Origin: Octopus sinensis
Taxonomy: Eukaryota
Assembly: GCF_006345805.1 (NCBI RefSeq)
Contig: NC_043003.1
Location: 105,710,001 to 105,774,000, forward strand
Length of the DNA stretch: 64,000 nucleotides
Direction of reading: 5' to 3'
The notes below the pieces were generated by a model that was not told the origin of the DNA, made no database searches, and was given only the letters and a program-made list of their open reading frames with translations. The position numbers and the translations under genes were made by a program. Positions within the stretch are counted from its first letter, which is position 1, and each line of letters begins with the position of its first letter. Shown piece by piece: positions 36,721-50,709 of the stretch.

Positions 36721-37302
36721 ACACGAAACATACACGTGTGTATACTTGTGTGTGTGCATACATGGTTACTGAGACGGGAGGAGTTCTTTATTATACTAAT
36801 CTGGGGCTAAGCTCACATATACACAATCCCCATGTGTTGAGTATGTTCTAAAATCTATCCTGTTTTTTTTTTTATTTACAACGTTCCTTTCCCATTTCCT
36901 CTTTATTTATTTATTTCTGTATGTGTGTGTATATATATTTATACATACGTGCACACACACAGAAAGAGAGAGAGAACTAAAGGAGTAAACATCGATCACA
37001 GTTTTCACTGATTTTTCAAAACAGGAAGTGACCTGTGAGAAATGTCAAACACTCATCAGGAGTGTGAGTGGGGGGGGGGCCTTGAGTTGTTGCTCGAAAT
37101 ACTAGAAAAAAAACCAAAACAAAACAATCTCCCTTAAATCACACTCTACAGTCCAAAACTGGGAAGGACATGTTGAGTAAACTTAGTCGTAGGTTTATTG
37201 TTTGAAGATTAATCGGGATGTTTATGGTCGAAATACTCAATCGGAGTGGGCACGACTGGAACATGTTTGGTCTTGATTCTGCCTTATAATACCGCTAATA
37301 TA

Positions 37303-37515
37303 CTCTTACTCTTTTACTTGTTTCAGTCATTTGACTGTGGCCATGCTGGAGCACCGCCTTTAGTCGAGCAAATCGACCCCAGGAATTATTCTTTGGAAGC
37401 CTAGTACTTATTCTGTTGGTCTCTTTTGCCGAACCGCTAAGTTACGGGGATGTGAACACACCAGCATCAATTGTCAAGCGAGGTTGGGTGGGGAGACAAA
37501 CACAGACACACAAAC

Positions 37516-37550
<35 letters not shown>

Positions 37551-37605
37551 CACATACGAAGGGCTTCTTTCAGTTTCCGTCTACCAAATCCACTCACAAG
37601 GCTTT
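37303..37605 (-). mobile_element. SINE family A, 5'-truncated
   Basis: 3' two-thirds of the consensus. Confidence 0.8.
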
Positions 37606-37756
37606 TACAAAAAAAAAAGAAATTTTGCTATCTTGCTAGATTTTTTTTGATTGACTTCCATACTAAGATATTAATCCAATTCAGAACAAAGCAAAAGCAT
37701 TCATATATCTTTTGGTAGTGGATGGTTGAATTGGCAGAGCAAAATAACTTGTGGAA

Positions 37757-37930
37757 CCAGAGCTTGGTTCTCAGTTCCTCCTGTTTATTATAGATCTCCT
37801 GGCCATAGCAGAAGAATTTAAGACTGGTTACCTTTGGGAACCACTATATGTTAATGACTCTGTTCTTATAGCAGAATCTGTAGTAGAATTAAAACAGAAA
37901 TTGCTGGTGTGGAAACAAAACCTGGAATCA
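37757..37930 (+). mobile_element. Degraded RTE RT fragment
   Basis: LLFIIDLLAIAEEFKTGYLWEPLYVNDSVLIAESVVELKQKLLVWKQNLESK aligns by eye to the RT of the 16-19 kb LINE. A similar relic lies at about 11035-11160. Confidence 0.75.
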
Positions 37931-40900
37931 AAGACCTCATCCAAATGTGGGGCCTTGTGTCAGTGTTAGAAATCCTTATTATTAATAGTAGTGGAGTGGA
38001 AGAAACTGTAGAATACTGGATTAAATGCCTAGCAATATTTAATTCTGTTCATTTGTGTTCTCATATTGACTTTACTTGTTATCCATTTGAGATTGGTAGA
38101 AGTACCAGATAAATTCTGGGATAAATTATCAAGACATCTCCACCCTCACTACTTCATACATATCTCTGGTTTTGTATAGGTGCAAGTGTGGCTCTATGGT
38201 TAAGAAGCTTGCCTCCCAACCATGTGATTTCAAGTTCTGTCCCACCGCACAGCAACTTGGGAAAGTGCTTTTTATAGTATTGAGTCAACCAAAGCATTGT
38301 GAGTGGATTTGGTAGAAGGAAACTGAAAGAAGCTTGTCACATATTTGTGTGTGTGTGTATGTGTGTGCCCTGGACTAGACATCATGTAATGGTTGTAAAT
38401 GAGCATCATCATCATCATCATGCTAGTGAGGTTGTTTGTTTCCAATCTTCCATGGTAAAATATGTCTGACCATAGGGAAATATTATTACTTTGCTTGGAA
38501 ACAGTTAAGGGTTGGCAACAAGAAGGGCATCCAGCCATAGAGAATCTTCTTCTACAAATTCTGTCTGACTCATGCAAGCATGGAAAAGTGATTGTTAAAT
38601 GATGATGTAACCAATGTAAGGATTATCTTTTCATCCATGTGAAGTCAACAAAATAAGTCTCAATCGATTGAACCACCTTCAAAATATTCAGCTTTGTTAG
38701 ACATCATCATTATCCTTATTACATCTATTATCATTATTATTTATTATTATTAATATCACTGAGATGTATCCAGTGTTGTTGTGAGAGATTTCTTTTCATC
38801 TCTCTTCCTCTTTTCTATTGTTATATATTCTCTCAGTATCTTGATGTATCTGTTGTTGCTAAGATAGCTAATTGACTTCTAGCAATCATCAACTTGATGA
38901 TTGCTAAATGACTTTCAATTTATTGTTAATTCTGAGTGCTACTGTTGCTTGAGTAAACTTCAAATATATGAAGAGTAAAGACTATGCTAATTGTCAATAA
39001 ATGCTTTCAGTGGTTATTGTGATATCCTTACTCCATAATAACCATTTTGGTGGGAGTGTAAGCAGGTGGGTAGATAATACTATCAATGAAATATTAAAAC
39101 AGGTTGTTAAGGTGGGCTTCTTTCATTTCCTTTTCTCGTTTTTTTTTTTCCTGTCTTGCAAGTTATTGGTGGCCTCACTAGTACCAGTGGCATGAGAAAA
39201 GCAACCAGTACACTGTGTATGGCGGTTGGTGTTAGGGAAAGCATCCAGCTGTAGAAACCATGCCAAAGCTGACACAGGCGCTTGATGCAACCCTGCTCAC
39301 CAGATCCTGTCGAATCATCCAGTCCATGCCAGCATGGAAAATGGATGTTGAATGATGATGATGAGGAGGAGGAGGAGGAGGATAAGAATGATAATGAAAA
39401 GTAACTAAAAAAAATGAATACAAAGTAATTGGACAGTTGTTATTCCAATGTTCATGAGCCTAACAATGGAGATGTTTTATTGTTATTCAACAAGTTATTA
39501 TTAACAGTAGTCATGATATTCATCTTCTAAATGTTAAGAAGGTATTTAGATATTTATGTTATGTGTCATCATCATCATTTTCTGTCTGATTGTGTGGGTT
39601 GGATGATGGTCTCCAATACAGTGTCTCACTGCTTGTTTGCAGTCCTTTGTTATCTTCTTTTGTGAGACCCATCCTCCAAAGACCATCTTCACACGGCTGT
39701 GGGAATGTAGTCTTTCTTTGCAAACTACATCTGATTCTGCTCCTACCCATTTCTTGTCCCCTTCTCATCTGTGCCCTTTGGTTCTTGAGCACTAACACCA
39801 CACATCAAGCAGAGCATAATTCTGTGACTGATTCAGCATTGAGAAGTAAGTTATTGCCATACAGAAGCTACCAGGGACATCCAGTTTAAACTCTTCTGTT
39901 TGGATAACTGTAATATAAATAAGCATAATGGACCCCTATCTGTTGGCTAAATTACTCATTGAACTCATTACTAATTCTCATCTTAACGAGAGTGTCAGTG
40001 TATGTCGCTTGTATGACTCTCACAAGCCATATATAGACATGCTGCCATTTCATTGTCTATTGTAGCATTGCTTTTATTTCTATATCTGTAAGGTTCAGGT
40101 GTGGCTGTGTGGTAAGGTGTTTGCTTCCCAACCACATGGTTCCAGGTTCAGTCCCACTGCATGACACCTTGCACAAGTGTCTTCCAACATAGCCTCAAGC
40201 AGACCAAAGCTTTGTGAGCGGATTTGGTAAACGGAAACTGAAAGAAGCCTGTCATATATATATGTGTATGTGTGTTTGTCCTCCACCACTACTTGACAAC
40301 TGGTGTTGGCATGTATATGTCCCCGTAACTTAGCAGTTCGACAAAAGGGGTCTGACAGAATAAGTACCAGGCTTTAAAAAGATAGTAAGAAGTGTCGGGG
40401 TTGATGTGTTCAGCTAAACCTCTTCAAGGTGGTGCCCTGTGTCAGACTGATGCCCCATTCAAGGGGAATGTTATGTTCTCAGCCACTTATACACCATAGA
40501 AACTGGGCAACTGGCCCCTTGAGCCTTAGGACTTAATATCCAGGGATTTATGATGATGATTTGGTGCCCAGTGACCTTCTCAGCTTGTTTGTCTCCAGAT
40601 TTACAATTGCACAACTAAGAAGGATTATTTTGACCCTTCTTCTGGCCCCTCATTTGTTGCCTTCATGTCTGATGTAATTGAAGGTATCGAATAAGATGAG
40701 AAAAACATTAAATATAAACAAATGCAGTTGTAGGTGTGGCTGTTAAGAAGTTCATTTCCCAATAACATGGTTCTGGGTTCAGTCCCATCGTGCAGCACCT
40801 TGGGCAAGTGTCTTCTACCTTAACCCTGAGTTGGAATATATCTTGTGAATAAATTTGGTGGATGGAAACTGTGTGGAAGCCTGTCATGTGTGTGTGTGTG

Positions 40901-42576
40901 TACAACTTTGTATTTGTCCCCCATCCCCAACCATACTTGACAACTAGTATTGGTTTGTTTACATCCCTGTAACTTAGTGGTTTGGCAAAAGGGACCAATA
41001 GATTATATACCAGACTTAAACTAAATATTGGGAGTGATTTGTTTGATTAAACCCTTTAAGGCAGTATCCCACCATGGGATTATACAATAGACTTAACTGT
41101 AAGGATTTCAAGTCTCATTGACCTTTCTAATTTTGGGCATCTGTTTTCCTGGGGGGCTCTGCAGATTAAAATAACTTATAAAGAGTTATTGAAGAATTTC
41201 TTCCTCAGTTCATCATTCTAACTTAAATAGTTAAAAGTAATGAAGTGCAAGGCTGAATGTAAATACAATGAATGACAGCATTTAAAATCATTAAAAAAGG
41301 TGAAAAAAGTTTAACAATCTAATTTGTCTAAAAATGTAATTTGCTACAATTTTAGTTCTGTTCCCAGAATGGCATTTTGTATAGTTGCTTTTGTGTTTCT
41401 ATATTGTAGCTTTGAAATTAGTTGTCATTATTCACTTAAACTGTTTTGTATAATGTTGATTACAATGTTTTTGGGTTTTTTTGTTTCATTCTGATTCTTC
41501 TATTTTAATATTATGTGGATATCTATCATTTTGATATTCTATCTTTTTTTCCTTCTTTTTTTCTTCTATTTTTTTTTCTAATCTAATTCGCAAAACAAAT
41601 CGAGGAAATTTGAACAGATAACCTGTCACCTAGACTGGTAGTAAATTACATTGCTGTAAGCTCAGTCAAATAATTGTTTCTAATTCAGGCACAAGGCCAT
41701 CAGTTTTAAACTATTTGATTATACCTGGCTGGTATTTTTATTTTATTGACTCTAGATGGATGAAAAACAAAATTTGACCATGGCGGGATTTAAACTCAAA
41801 ATGTAAATTGTTGGGACAATATCTCAAAGCATTTTTTCCAAAAGCTCTAATGCACATTCACTAATGTTTCATTACCACAATGCATCCATGCTAGTGGAGC
41901 ACTAAGAGCACCATCCAAGCATGACCGTTGCCAGAGCGGCTAACTGGCGTTTTTGCCGGTGGCACGTAAAAAGCACCATTCGAGCTTGATCGTTACCAGC
42001 GTCACCTTACTGGTACTTGTGCCGGTGTGCAGGTGACACGTAAAAAAAACCATGATGTTCCGTGACCGTTACCAGTACTGCCTGACTGGTCCTCATGCCA
42101 GTGACACGTAAAAGCACCCACTACACTCTCGGAGTGGTTGGCGTTAGGAAGGGCATCCAGCTGTAGAAACTCTGCCAAATCAAGATTGGAGCCTGGTGCA
42201 GCCTTCTGGCTCGCCAACCCACAGTCAAACCGTCCAACCCATGCTAGCATGGAAAGCGGACGTTAAATGATGATGATGATGAATGCAGCTTATGAAAATA
42301 TACATACACGGGCAAGGCTGTGTGACTAAGGAGTTCACTTTGGAACCATGTGAACAGGGGTTTGATTCCACTGTGTCAATGCTGTCATCTAAGCATCCTC
42401 TACTTTAGCTATGGGTCGACAAATACTTTATGGGTGAAATTGGTAGATGGAAACTCTGTGTGTGTGTGTGTGTACAAGTTTGTGTAAGTGTGTTTGTATT
42501 TCCCTTCTTCTTCACATGTGTTTGCTGGTTGGAAACAAATGCCTCCCCATTCACAAAAAAACTGTCATTTGCTTGA

Positions 42577-42898
42577 TGTCCACCATGAAAGCATGTTTGC
42601 TCTACTTGAGATGTTTGGTGATCTTTGTGTGTTTTCAGTCATCCGTTTAACCATGTCGAGGTTGTTTGTTGCTCAAAGGACTGGGTGGGTGGGTGGGAAT
42701 TATTACCTACATGGAAACAGATGAAGTTGAAATCAGGGAAAGCATGTGAGTGTAGGAAACTTTACCACAATATAGTGTCATCTGATCAATGCAAGTATGT
42801 CATCATCATCCTCATCATTTAATGTCCACTTCCATGTTGGCATGGGTTGGATGGTTTTACAGGAGCTGGCAAACCAGAGGACTGTGCCAAGCTCCACT
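42577..42898 (+). repeat. About 320-bp local duplication (second copy 45099-45419)
   Basis: Near-identical direct repeat 2.5 kb away, with about 4 substitutions by eye. Confidence 0.92.
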
Positions 42899-43449
42899 GT
42901 TTTGGTATGGTCGTTACTATTGGATGCCCTTCCTAATGCCAACCACTTTGCAAGGTAGACTGGGTGTATTTATGTGGGACCAGCACCAGTGAGGTCTGTT
43001 TTGGCATGGTTTCATTTATGAAAATATATGCCACAGACAAAAATTCCTCCAGAAAAATATGGTCTTGGGTAAATGATAAATCATTGGTTTTGTAAAGTCA
43101 AGTTTCTCTCTGCTATTTCACATTGCAATTTGTCATCATTTTCTTTGAGTTAAACTTGTATTGCAACTGAACAGTGGTCTCCTACCACTAATAACTATAA
43201 TTGTTGGGTTTTGTTGAGAGTTAAGTACTTGTTGAGTTGTTTTTGTGGACAAATGAGGAAATGGAAAAAGAAACAGTGGGTGGGGGGAGTGATAAGTTTT
43301 GACAATACTATGACAAACATTATCGACTAAGTTAAGGATATTAAGTAAAGGGGTGGATGAAGGTAGGGAGAGAAATAGTAAGATATGACCATAACCCCTG
43401 AGAATTTATGAACAACTTGTGATAAATACAGGAGATTAAAGTATCAGTT

Positions 43450-44075
43450 AAAAGTATAGATGAGTGAAACATATTCTGATACATAACAAAATCAAATCAT
43501 AATCAAATGGAAATTGTAGTTGTGGCTGATGCCAGTGCCACCTGACTGGCTCCCGTGCTGGTGGCACATAATAAGCACCATTCATGCGTAGATCACTGCC
43601 AGTGCCGCCTGACTGGCTCCCTGTGCCAGTGGCACGTAATAAGCACCATTCATGTGTGAGTCGTTGCCAGTGCCGCCCGACTGGTTCCCTGTACCGGTGG
43701 CACATAATAAGCACCATTCATGTGTGAGTCGTTGCCAGTACCGCCTGACTGGCTCCCTGTGCCGGTGGCACGTAAAAAGCACCATCCGAATGTAGTCAAT
43801 ACAAGCTCCCCACTCCACTGGCTCCTGTGCCGGTAGCATGTAAAAAGCTCCATCCGAACATGGCCGATGCCAATGCCACCTGACTGGCTCGCACACCGGT
43901 GGCACATAAAAAGCATCCACTACACTCTCGGAGTGGTTGGCGTTAGCAAGGGCATCCAGCTGTAGAAACCTTACCAGATAAGATTGGAGCCCAGAGCAGC
44001 CTCCTAGTTTGCTAGTCCTCAGTCAAACCAGGAAAACGGATGTAAAACGATGCAGATGATGATGATGATGATGAA
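43450..44075 (+). mobile_element. RTE 3'-UTR fragment with about six 60-70-bp tandem units
   Basis: Unit GCCAGTGCCGCCTGACTGGCTCCCTGTGCCGGTGGCACGTAA(T/A)AAGCACCATTC, followed by the standard RTE tail. Confidence 0.85.
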
Positions 44076-46161
44076 CAAATATACCAAGTAATGCAAAACT
44101 GAACATGACAGGGTCTACGCTTCTTAAATGGTCACTATACCAATAATAAACATACACATTGTTCAGTTTTATTGCTTTTATTATTATTAGTCAATTGGTT
44201 AAGCATTTAATCAGTTAAGTCATCAATTGTTTGATTGGTCATTCAGTCAGTCAATCAATTAGCTAGTTTGTCAAATTCCTTTCATAGCCTGGTCTGTCTC
44301 AGACCCGAAGCTGACCTGAATGGCAACAAAAAGACTTTGACAAACCTAGCTGGCTGAGTGACTGACCAAACGATTAATTAAACAAGTGATGAGTTAATTG
44401 GTTAAATGATTAACCAATTGACTAACAATAAAGAAGTGAAATAGAACTCACACATATGTTTATAACTGTTACAATGACCCACCCAAGATATAACAAAATC
44501 TGTTTCAATACATAAGTTCACATCAAGAATCTTGCAAACCAAATATAGTTTCAGGCATAGCTGTGTGATAAAAAGTCTGATTCCCAACCACATGGTTCTG
44601 GGTTCAGTCCCACTGCATGGCACCTTAGGCAAGTGTCTTCTACTCTAGCCTCAGGTCAACCAAACCCTTGTGAGTGGATTTGATAGATGGAAACTAAAAG
44701 AAGCCTGTTGTGTATATATATATGTGTGTGTGTGTGTGATTGTTTTCCCCCCACCACCACCAGACAACTAGTGTTTGAGTGTTTACATTCCTGTAACTTA
44801 ACAGTTCAGCAATAGATACTGATAGAATAAGTACCAGGCTTAAAAAATAAGTCCTGGGGTTGTGTGTTCAGCTAATATTCTTCAAGGTGGTGCCCCAGCA
44901 TGGCCACAGTGTAATGACTGAAAGAAGTAGATAATAAAGGATAAAGACAAAAATGATGTCTATGGTACTCTTGAAATTATCCTCTGCTAAATGAGGCAAC
45001 TTAGTAATAGAAGGTCCTCACTTCTCTTTTTAACCAAATAAAATGTGATGGGTCTGCATTTGTTTTGTTTCTTTGTGAGTGCATCACCTTTGCTTGCAGT
45101 CCACCATGAAAGCATGTTTGCTCTACTTGAGATGTTTGGTGATCTTTGTGTGTTTTCAGTCATCCGTTTAACCATGTCGAGATTGTTTGTTGCTCAAAGG
45201 ACTGGGTGGGTGGGTGGGAATTATTACCTACATGGAAACAGATGAAGTTGAAATCAGGGAAAGCATGTGAGTGTAGGAAACTTTTCCACAATATATTGTC
45301 ATCTGATCAATGCAAGCATGTCATCATCATCCTCATCATTTAATGTCCACTTCCATGTTGGCATGGGTTGGATGGTTTTACAGGAGCTGGCAAACCAGAG
45401 GACTGTGCCAAGCTCCACTAAATAGCAAATATACCTGTATTTGGCAAATGTACCTGAATCTGAGTAGTGGCTTCTTTTGGTGAATTGTGGAAAAACATTG
45501 ATTGATATTACTTCCTTAACTCCTTGCAGATTTTGAGGTTTAATGTAAGCTTTTGGGTTTGTGGTGTTAAATAGAGCACAAGAGGGCCCCTGTGTTATCC
45601 ACCCACTACAAAAATTGAACTCAAGACATATAACAACATTATGACACTACTGCTTTACCTCAATCAGTTCAGCTCTCCTTGATATTATACCAAAATACAT
45701 CAAAACAGAAACAGGTCCTATAAAATTCAAAAGTTCTCTGGACAATTTTCTCCAAAATAACCCGAACCAACCTCCTTCATCCGGTTATGTCTCCAACAAT
45801 AATAACTCTTTGCTAGAGTGGGCCATGATGTCCCATATGTGATTGAGGTGTGAATCACGATCTAAAAGACTTCACCAGGTGGTGCTATTAAGTTTTAGAC
45901 ATGGCCTGAAACCTGTCAAAGTTATCTAAGCTATCGCATTTTTGCATTCAGCTTGTAAGATTTTTGTGTATGTGTGTGTGTGTGTACCACCACTTGACAA
46001 CCGGTGTTGGTTTGTTTACACTCCCGTAAATTAGCTGTTCGGTTACTGGGGTTAGGGGTCGATTTATTCAACTACACTCCAATGTGGTGCCCCAGTATGG
46101 CCGCAGTCGAATGACTGAAACAAGTAAAAATGTAATTAAAAAAAGAAAGTAAATTGCACAT

Positions 46162-46573
46162 AGGCGCAGGAGTGGCTGTGTGGTAAGTAGCTTGCTAACC
46201 AACCACATGGTTCTGGGTTCAGTCCCACTGCGTGGCATTTTGGGCAAGTGTCTTCTGCTATAGCCCCGGACCGACCAATGCCTTGTGAGTGGATTTGGTA
46301 GATGGAAACTGAAAGAAGCCTGTCGTATATATGTATGTATATATATATATATATATGGATGTGTGTGTTTGTGTCTGTGTTTGTCCCTCTAGCATTGCTT
46401 GACAACCGATGCTGGTGTGTTTACGTCCCCGTCACTTAGCGGTTCGGCAAAAAAGAGACCGATAGAATAAGTACTGGGCTTACAAAAGAATAAGTCCCGG
46501 GGTCGAGTTGCTCGACTAAAAGGCGGTGCTCCAGCATGGCCACAATCAAATGACTGAAACAAGTAAAAGAGTA
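46162..46573 (+). mobile_element. SINE family A
   Basis: Full copy. Confidence 0.85.
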
Positions 46574-47858
46574 TGTGTGTGTGTGTATCTTGAAATTTCC
46601 CTATCCATATTCAACATGTAGAATTCTTTTCCTTTTGGGTTAAAACGTTTTGAAATGTATCGTTACGACTCTCTCCCCTTATTCTCCCACTCCCCCTCCT
46701 CCTCCTCCTCCTCTTGTCGTTTTTTGTCTTTTAACGTCGCCTCCTCCCCACTCGACTCTTGTCTTCTCTTTCATGCTGTCCTTGTTTTGTTCTCTTTTAC
46801 TACTTGACTGACAACTTAATGTCTCCCACCTCATTCCCTCTCATTTCTGCCTAACAATAACAAGCCCTGATCTTTCCCATTCCCTCTGGCTTTGTTGAGG
46901 TTTATTGTCTTCGTTTCTTTCACTTTTACCTCGCGCCATTTCTTGCCTTCGTTTCAAAATTATTAAAAGAAAAAAGAAAAGAAATATACGAAGAAGGAAT
47001 TCTACCACCATCTCTTTAAACAACTGTCTCTCTTAGGTTTTGCCCCACTACATATATATTGTTACGTCTATATATACATTATAGTTGTATTGTTTGGATG
47101 TGTACTATGTGTTATGTGAGTGTATATATGTACTGTGTATATGTGTATGTGTGTGTTATTTAGTCTCAAATCAATACTGATCGAGTAAGCGTAGCCGTAT
47201 TTCATCTACCGCTACGTTCTGAGTTCAAATCCCGCCGACGACGATTTTGCCTTTCATCCTTTCGGGGTCGATAAATTAAGTACCAGTTACGCACTGGAGT
47301 CGATGTAATCGACTTAGTCCGTTTGTCTGTCCTAGTTTGTACCCTCTGTGTCTGGCCCCTTGTGAGTAATAAAGAAACTAATACTGGTCGAGTAAACCGG
47401 TGACCAAAAGCGTTCCAGATGTGGCCATTTCGTCTTTTTCTCTTTTGTGTCTATATCGCCTTTTCTATGACTGTGGGTGATAATTCGAAAGATTTGGCTG
47501 CCATTTCTAGCATGTGAAGCAACCATATAAAACTTCATCTATACTTGTTATGGTTTGGCCCAAACAGTTTGAGATTATGATGACTTCAAAAATAGAATAA
47601 AGATTTCAATTTCCTCTCTTCTTTTTGTCTCTATGCCTACCGCTTTCTGGTTTTGTTTTCAAACTATCAACTAACAGTGCTCAGTAGTGACTGCTTTGCT
47701 AAGCAACTTACATATGTATTAATCATACCAGAGATTAAAAACATATTTTAGTCTCTTAACACTACTTAAAATTTTATTTTTATGTGAAATATTTTAGATG
47801 GAAATGCACTTTGGAAAGCTTTGTAAAATGATGAAAAAGTTTAATAAAATAAATATAT

Positions 47859-48749
47859 AGGCACAGGAGTGGCTGTGTGGTAAGTAGCTTGCTTACCAAC
47901 CACATGGTTCCAAGTTCAGTCCCACTGCGTGGCACCTCAGGCAAGTGTCTTCTACTATAGCGTCGGGCCGACCAAAACCTTGTGAGTGGATTTGGTAGAC
48001 GGAAACTGAAAGAAGCCCATCATATATATGTATGTATGTATGTGTGTCTGTCCTCCAACCGCTTGACAACCGATGCTGGTGTGTTTACATCCCCATAATC
48101 TAGCAGTTTGGCAAAGATAAATTAAGTATTAGGCTTACAAAGAATAAGTCCTGGGGTTGATTTCTTCGACTAAAGGCAGCATGGCAGCAGTCAAATGACT
48201 GAAACAAGTAAAAGAGTATATAATGAATTAATTTTTGAATGTGTTTAAATTAGAGTAGTAGAAAATAAAAAGAAAATTGTAGTACAAAAACAGGATCATA
48301 GTATTTAAAAGTAAACACATAAGACTTCATGTAAAATTTTTTATATATTCTTTTACTTGTTTCAGTCATTTGACTGCGGCCATGCTGGAGCACGGCCTTT
48401 AGTCGAGCAAATCGACCCCGGGACTTATTCTTTGTAAGCCCAGTACTTATTCTATCGGTCTCTTTTGCCGATCCGCTAAGTGACGGGGACGTAAACACAC
48501 CAGCATTGGTTGTCAAGCAATGCTAGGGGGACAAACACAGACACACAAACATATACACACACATACATATACATATATATATATACATAGATACGACAGG
48601 CTTCTTTCAGTTTCCGTCTACCAAATCCACTCACAAGGCATTGGTCGGCCCGAGGCTATAGCAGAAGACACTTGCCCAAGATGCCACGCAGTGGGACTGA
48701 ACCCGGAACCATGTGGTTGGTAGGCAAGCTACTTACCACACAGCCACTC
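47859..48749. mobile_element. Tail-to-tail inverted pair of SINE family A (47859-48218 +, 48349-48749 -)
   Basis: Two full copies about 130 bp apart in opposite orientation. Confidence 0.85.
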
Positions 48750-48884
48750 ATATGTGCAGTGTAAAAAAAAAATCCAGATACATGTATGATATCAGAAAAA
48801 TATTAAAAAATCTATAATGATGTCTTAACTGGCTTAATCAAATTCAGAATTGAGTTTTTTAACATGATGGGTCCACTTCTTTCT

Positions 48885-49175
48885 GCAAGGTAGGACTCTT
48901 TGACTCATCATTGAAATTTATCTTTGTTATGTCTTTTCTATAAGTATTTCCATGGTCATTGCTCTGATGAACTTTCTGGTCTAGAAAACCTTGTCAAGGC
49001 CTTTAAATGTGTCAGCGCTTCTCTGCTTGTTTCTCTGTTGATCTTCCTGTTACTCATAACTCTTTTTTATTCTAATGACCTCTTTTCTCAAACTGCTGCT
49101 CTCTGGAACTCATTACTATCATCTTGTTTTTGTCTAGTCTCTAGTATCCAGTCCTGTAAGCTTTCTGTCAATTGA
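48885..49175 (+). mobile_element. CR1-type LINE 3' coding relic
   Basis: CLFYKYFHGHCSDELSGL ... FSQTAALWNSL ... QSCKLSVN. Confidence 0.7.
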
Positions 49176-50709
49176 CATCCTTTGAATTTATGGGTGCCTT
49201 CTTTTTCTTCTTTGTTGTCCTTTATGCTGCTGTGACCTCAAAACCTGTTTGGGACAAAACTATAAAAAAGAAGAAAAGAATCTAACATAGAGGATAGCAA
49301 ATTTTTAGAGAAGGATACAGTTGATCACTTTAATCTCTAAACTTGAATAGTAGTTATTTGAGTAACATTTGAAGACTGAAAAACAAGATTTGAACTCAGA
49401 TTGTAAAGAGACGTAAGTAAATACCACAAGGCATTTTTGTCTATGACTGTACTGGCTCTATCTTTAAAATAACAACAACAATATTTATAACCCTTTCTAT
49501 TATAGGTACAAGACCTGAAATTTGGGGGTAAGGGCTACATGGATTCCCAGTACACGACTGGTACTCATTTTATCAACTCTGAATGGACGGAAGGCAATGT
49601 TGACCTCAGCAGAATTTGAACTCTGCATGGATGAAATGGTACTAAGCGTTTTGTCCGGCATGCTAACGATTCTGCCAGCTTGCCACCTTAATAGTCTTTT
49701 CTACTGTAGACACAAAGCCTCACATTTTGGGGTAAGGGAGTAGTCAGTTACATTGACCCCAGGACTCAACTGGTACATACTTTATCAACCCTGGAAAGAT
49801 GAGAGGCAGAATTTGATCTCAGAACTTGCAGATGAAATGCCTCTAAGCATTTTGCTCAACATGCTAATGATTCTTCCAGCTCGCTACCCATTGCCACCTT
49901 GATAATAACAATGGATTCAAATTTTCGTTTAACGTCCGCTTTCCATGCTAGCATGTGTTGGATGATTTTGACTGAGGACTGGCGAACCAGATGGCTGCAC
50001 CAGGCTCCAATCTTGATCTGGCAGAGTTTCTATAGCTGGATGCCCTTCCTAACGCCAACCACTCTGAGAGTGTAGTGGGTGCTTTTTACGTGCTACCTGC
50101 ACGTAAAATGCTATTATTTCCAACTTTATTGACTTCAAGTTCTACAGTTAACAAATTACTTAACATTTCTTGAAATTTTTAAATTCTTATGATACAATAG
50201 CAAAAAGTAATTAGAGAGTGACAAACCTTTGTGGTTCCCAGTGTATTAGTACCTAAAATGAGAAGTGAATTGATAAAGTACTCACGAGGATTACTCTTTC
50301 ATTAGACACATGACGCAGTTTTATCTAATCTGTTATCTTATTAGTTAGATTTGTTTCATTGTTAATAGATCAACAGGACAAGTGTTTATAGAAATACTAT
50401 TAAAGCTTCCACTAGTAATAATGATTTCTTTTGCCTTGACATCAATTATTTTCTTTGTGTTAGAGGAACAGTCATAGATGATTGATTCGTTTCCTGCTCG
50501 TTACAAAATTGTTTGAAAAGCAAGAGATTAATGAGTGCACAAGGTCCTGAATGTTGATTCTTGATTGGGAGTCTTAAACTCTCTTCAAGCCCAATATGTA
50601 GTGTTGTTTTGATGGTAAAAGTGATGAAATTTAATTATACTTTACACTGCACAACATATTATATAGACACTAGTAGGAACACTGCCCTTCAAGTGGTTTT
50701 TTTGTTATA

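Noticed and set aside
43528-43920. Regularly spaced repeats with hairpins resembling a CRISPR array
   Set aside because: Eukaryotic context, no unique spacers, no cas genes; units are homologous to the RTE LINE 3' UTR.
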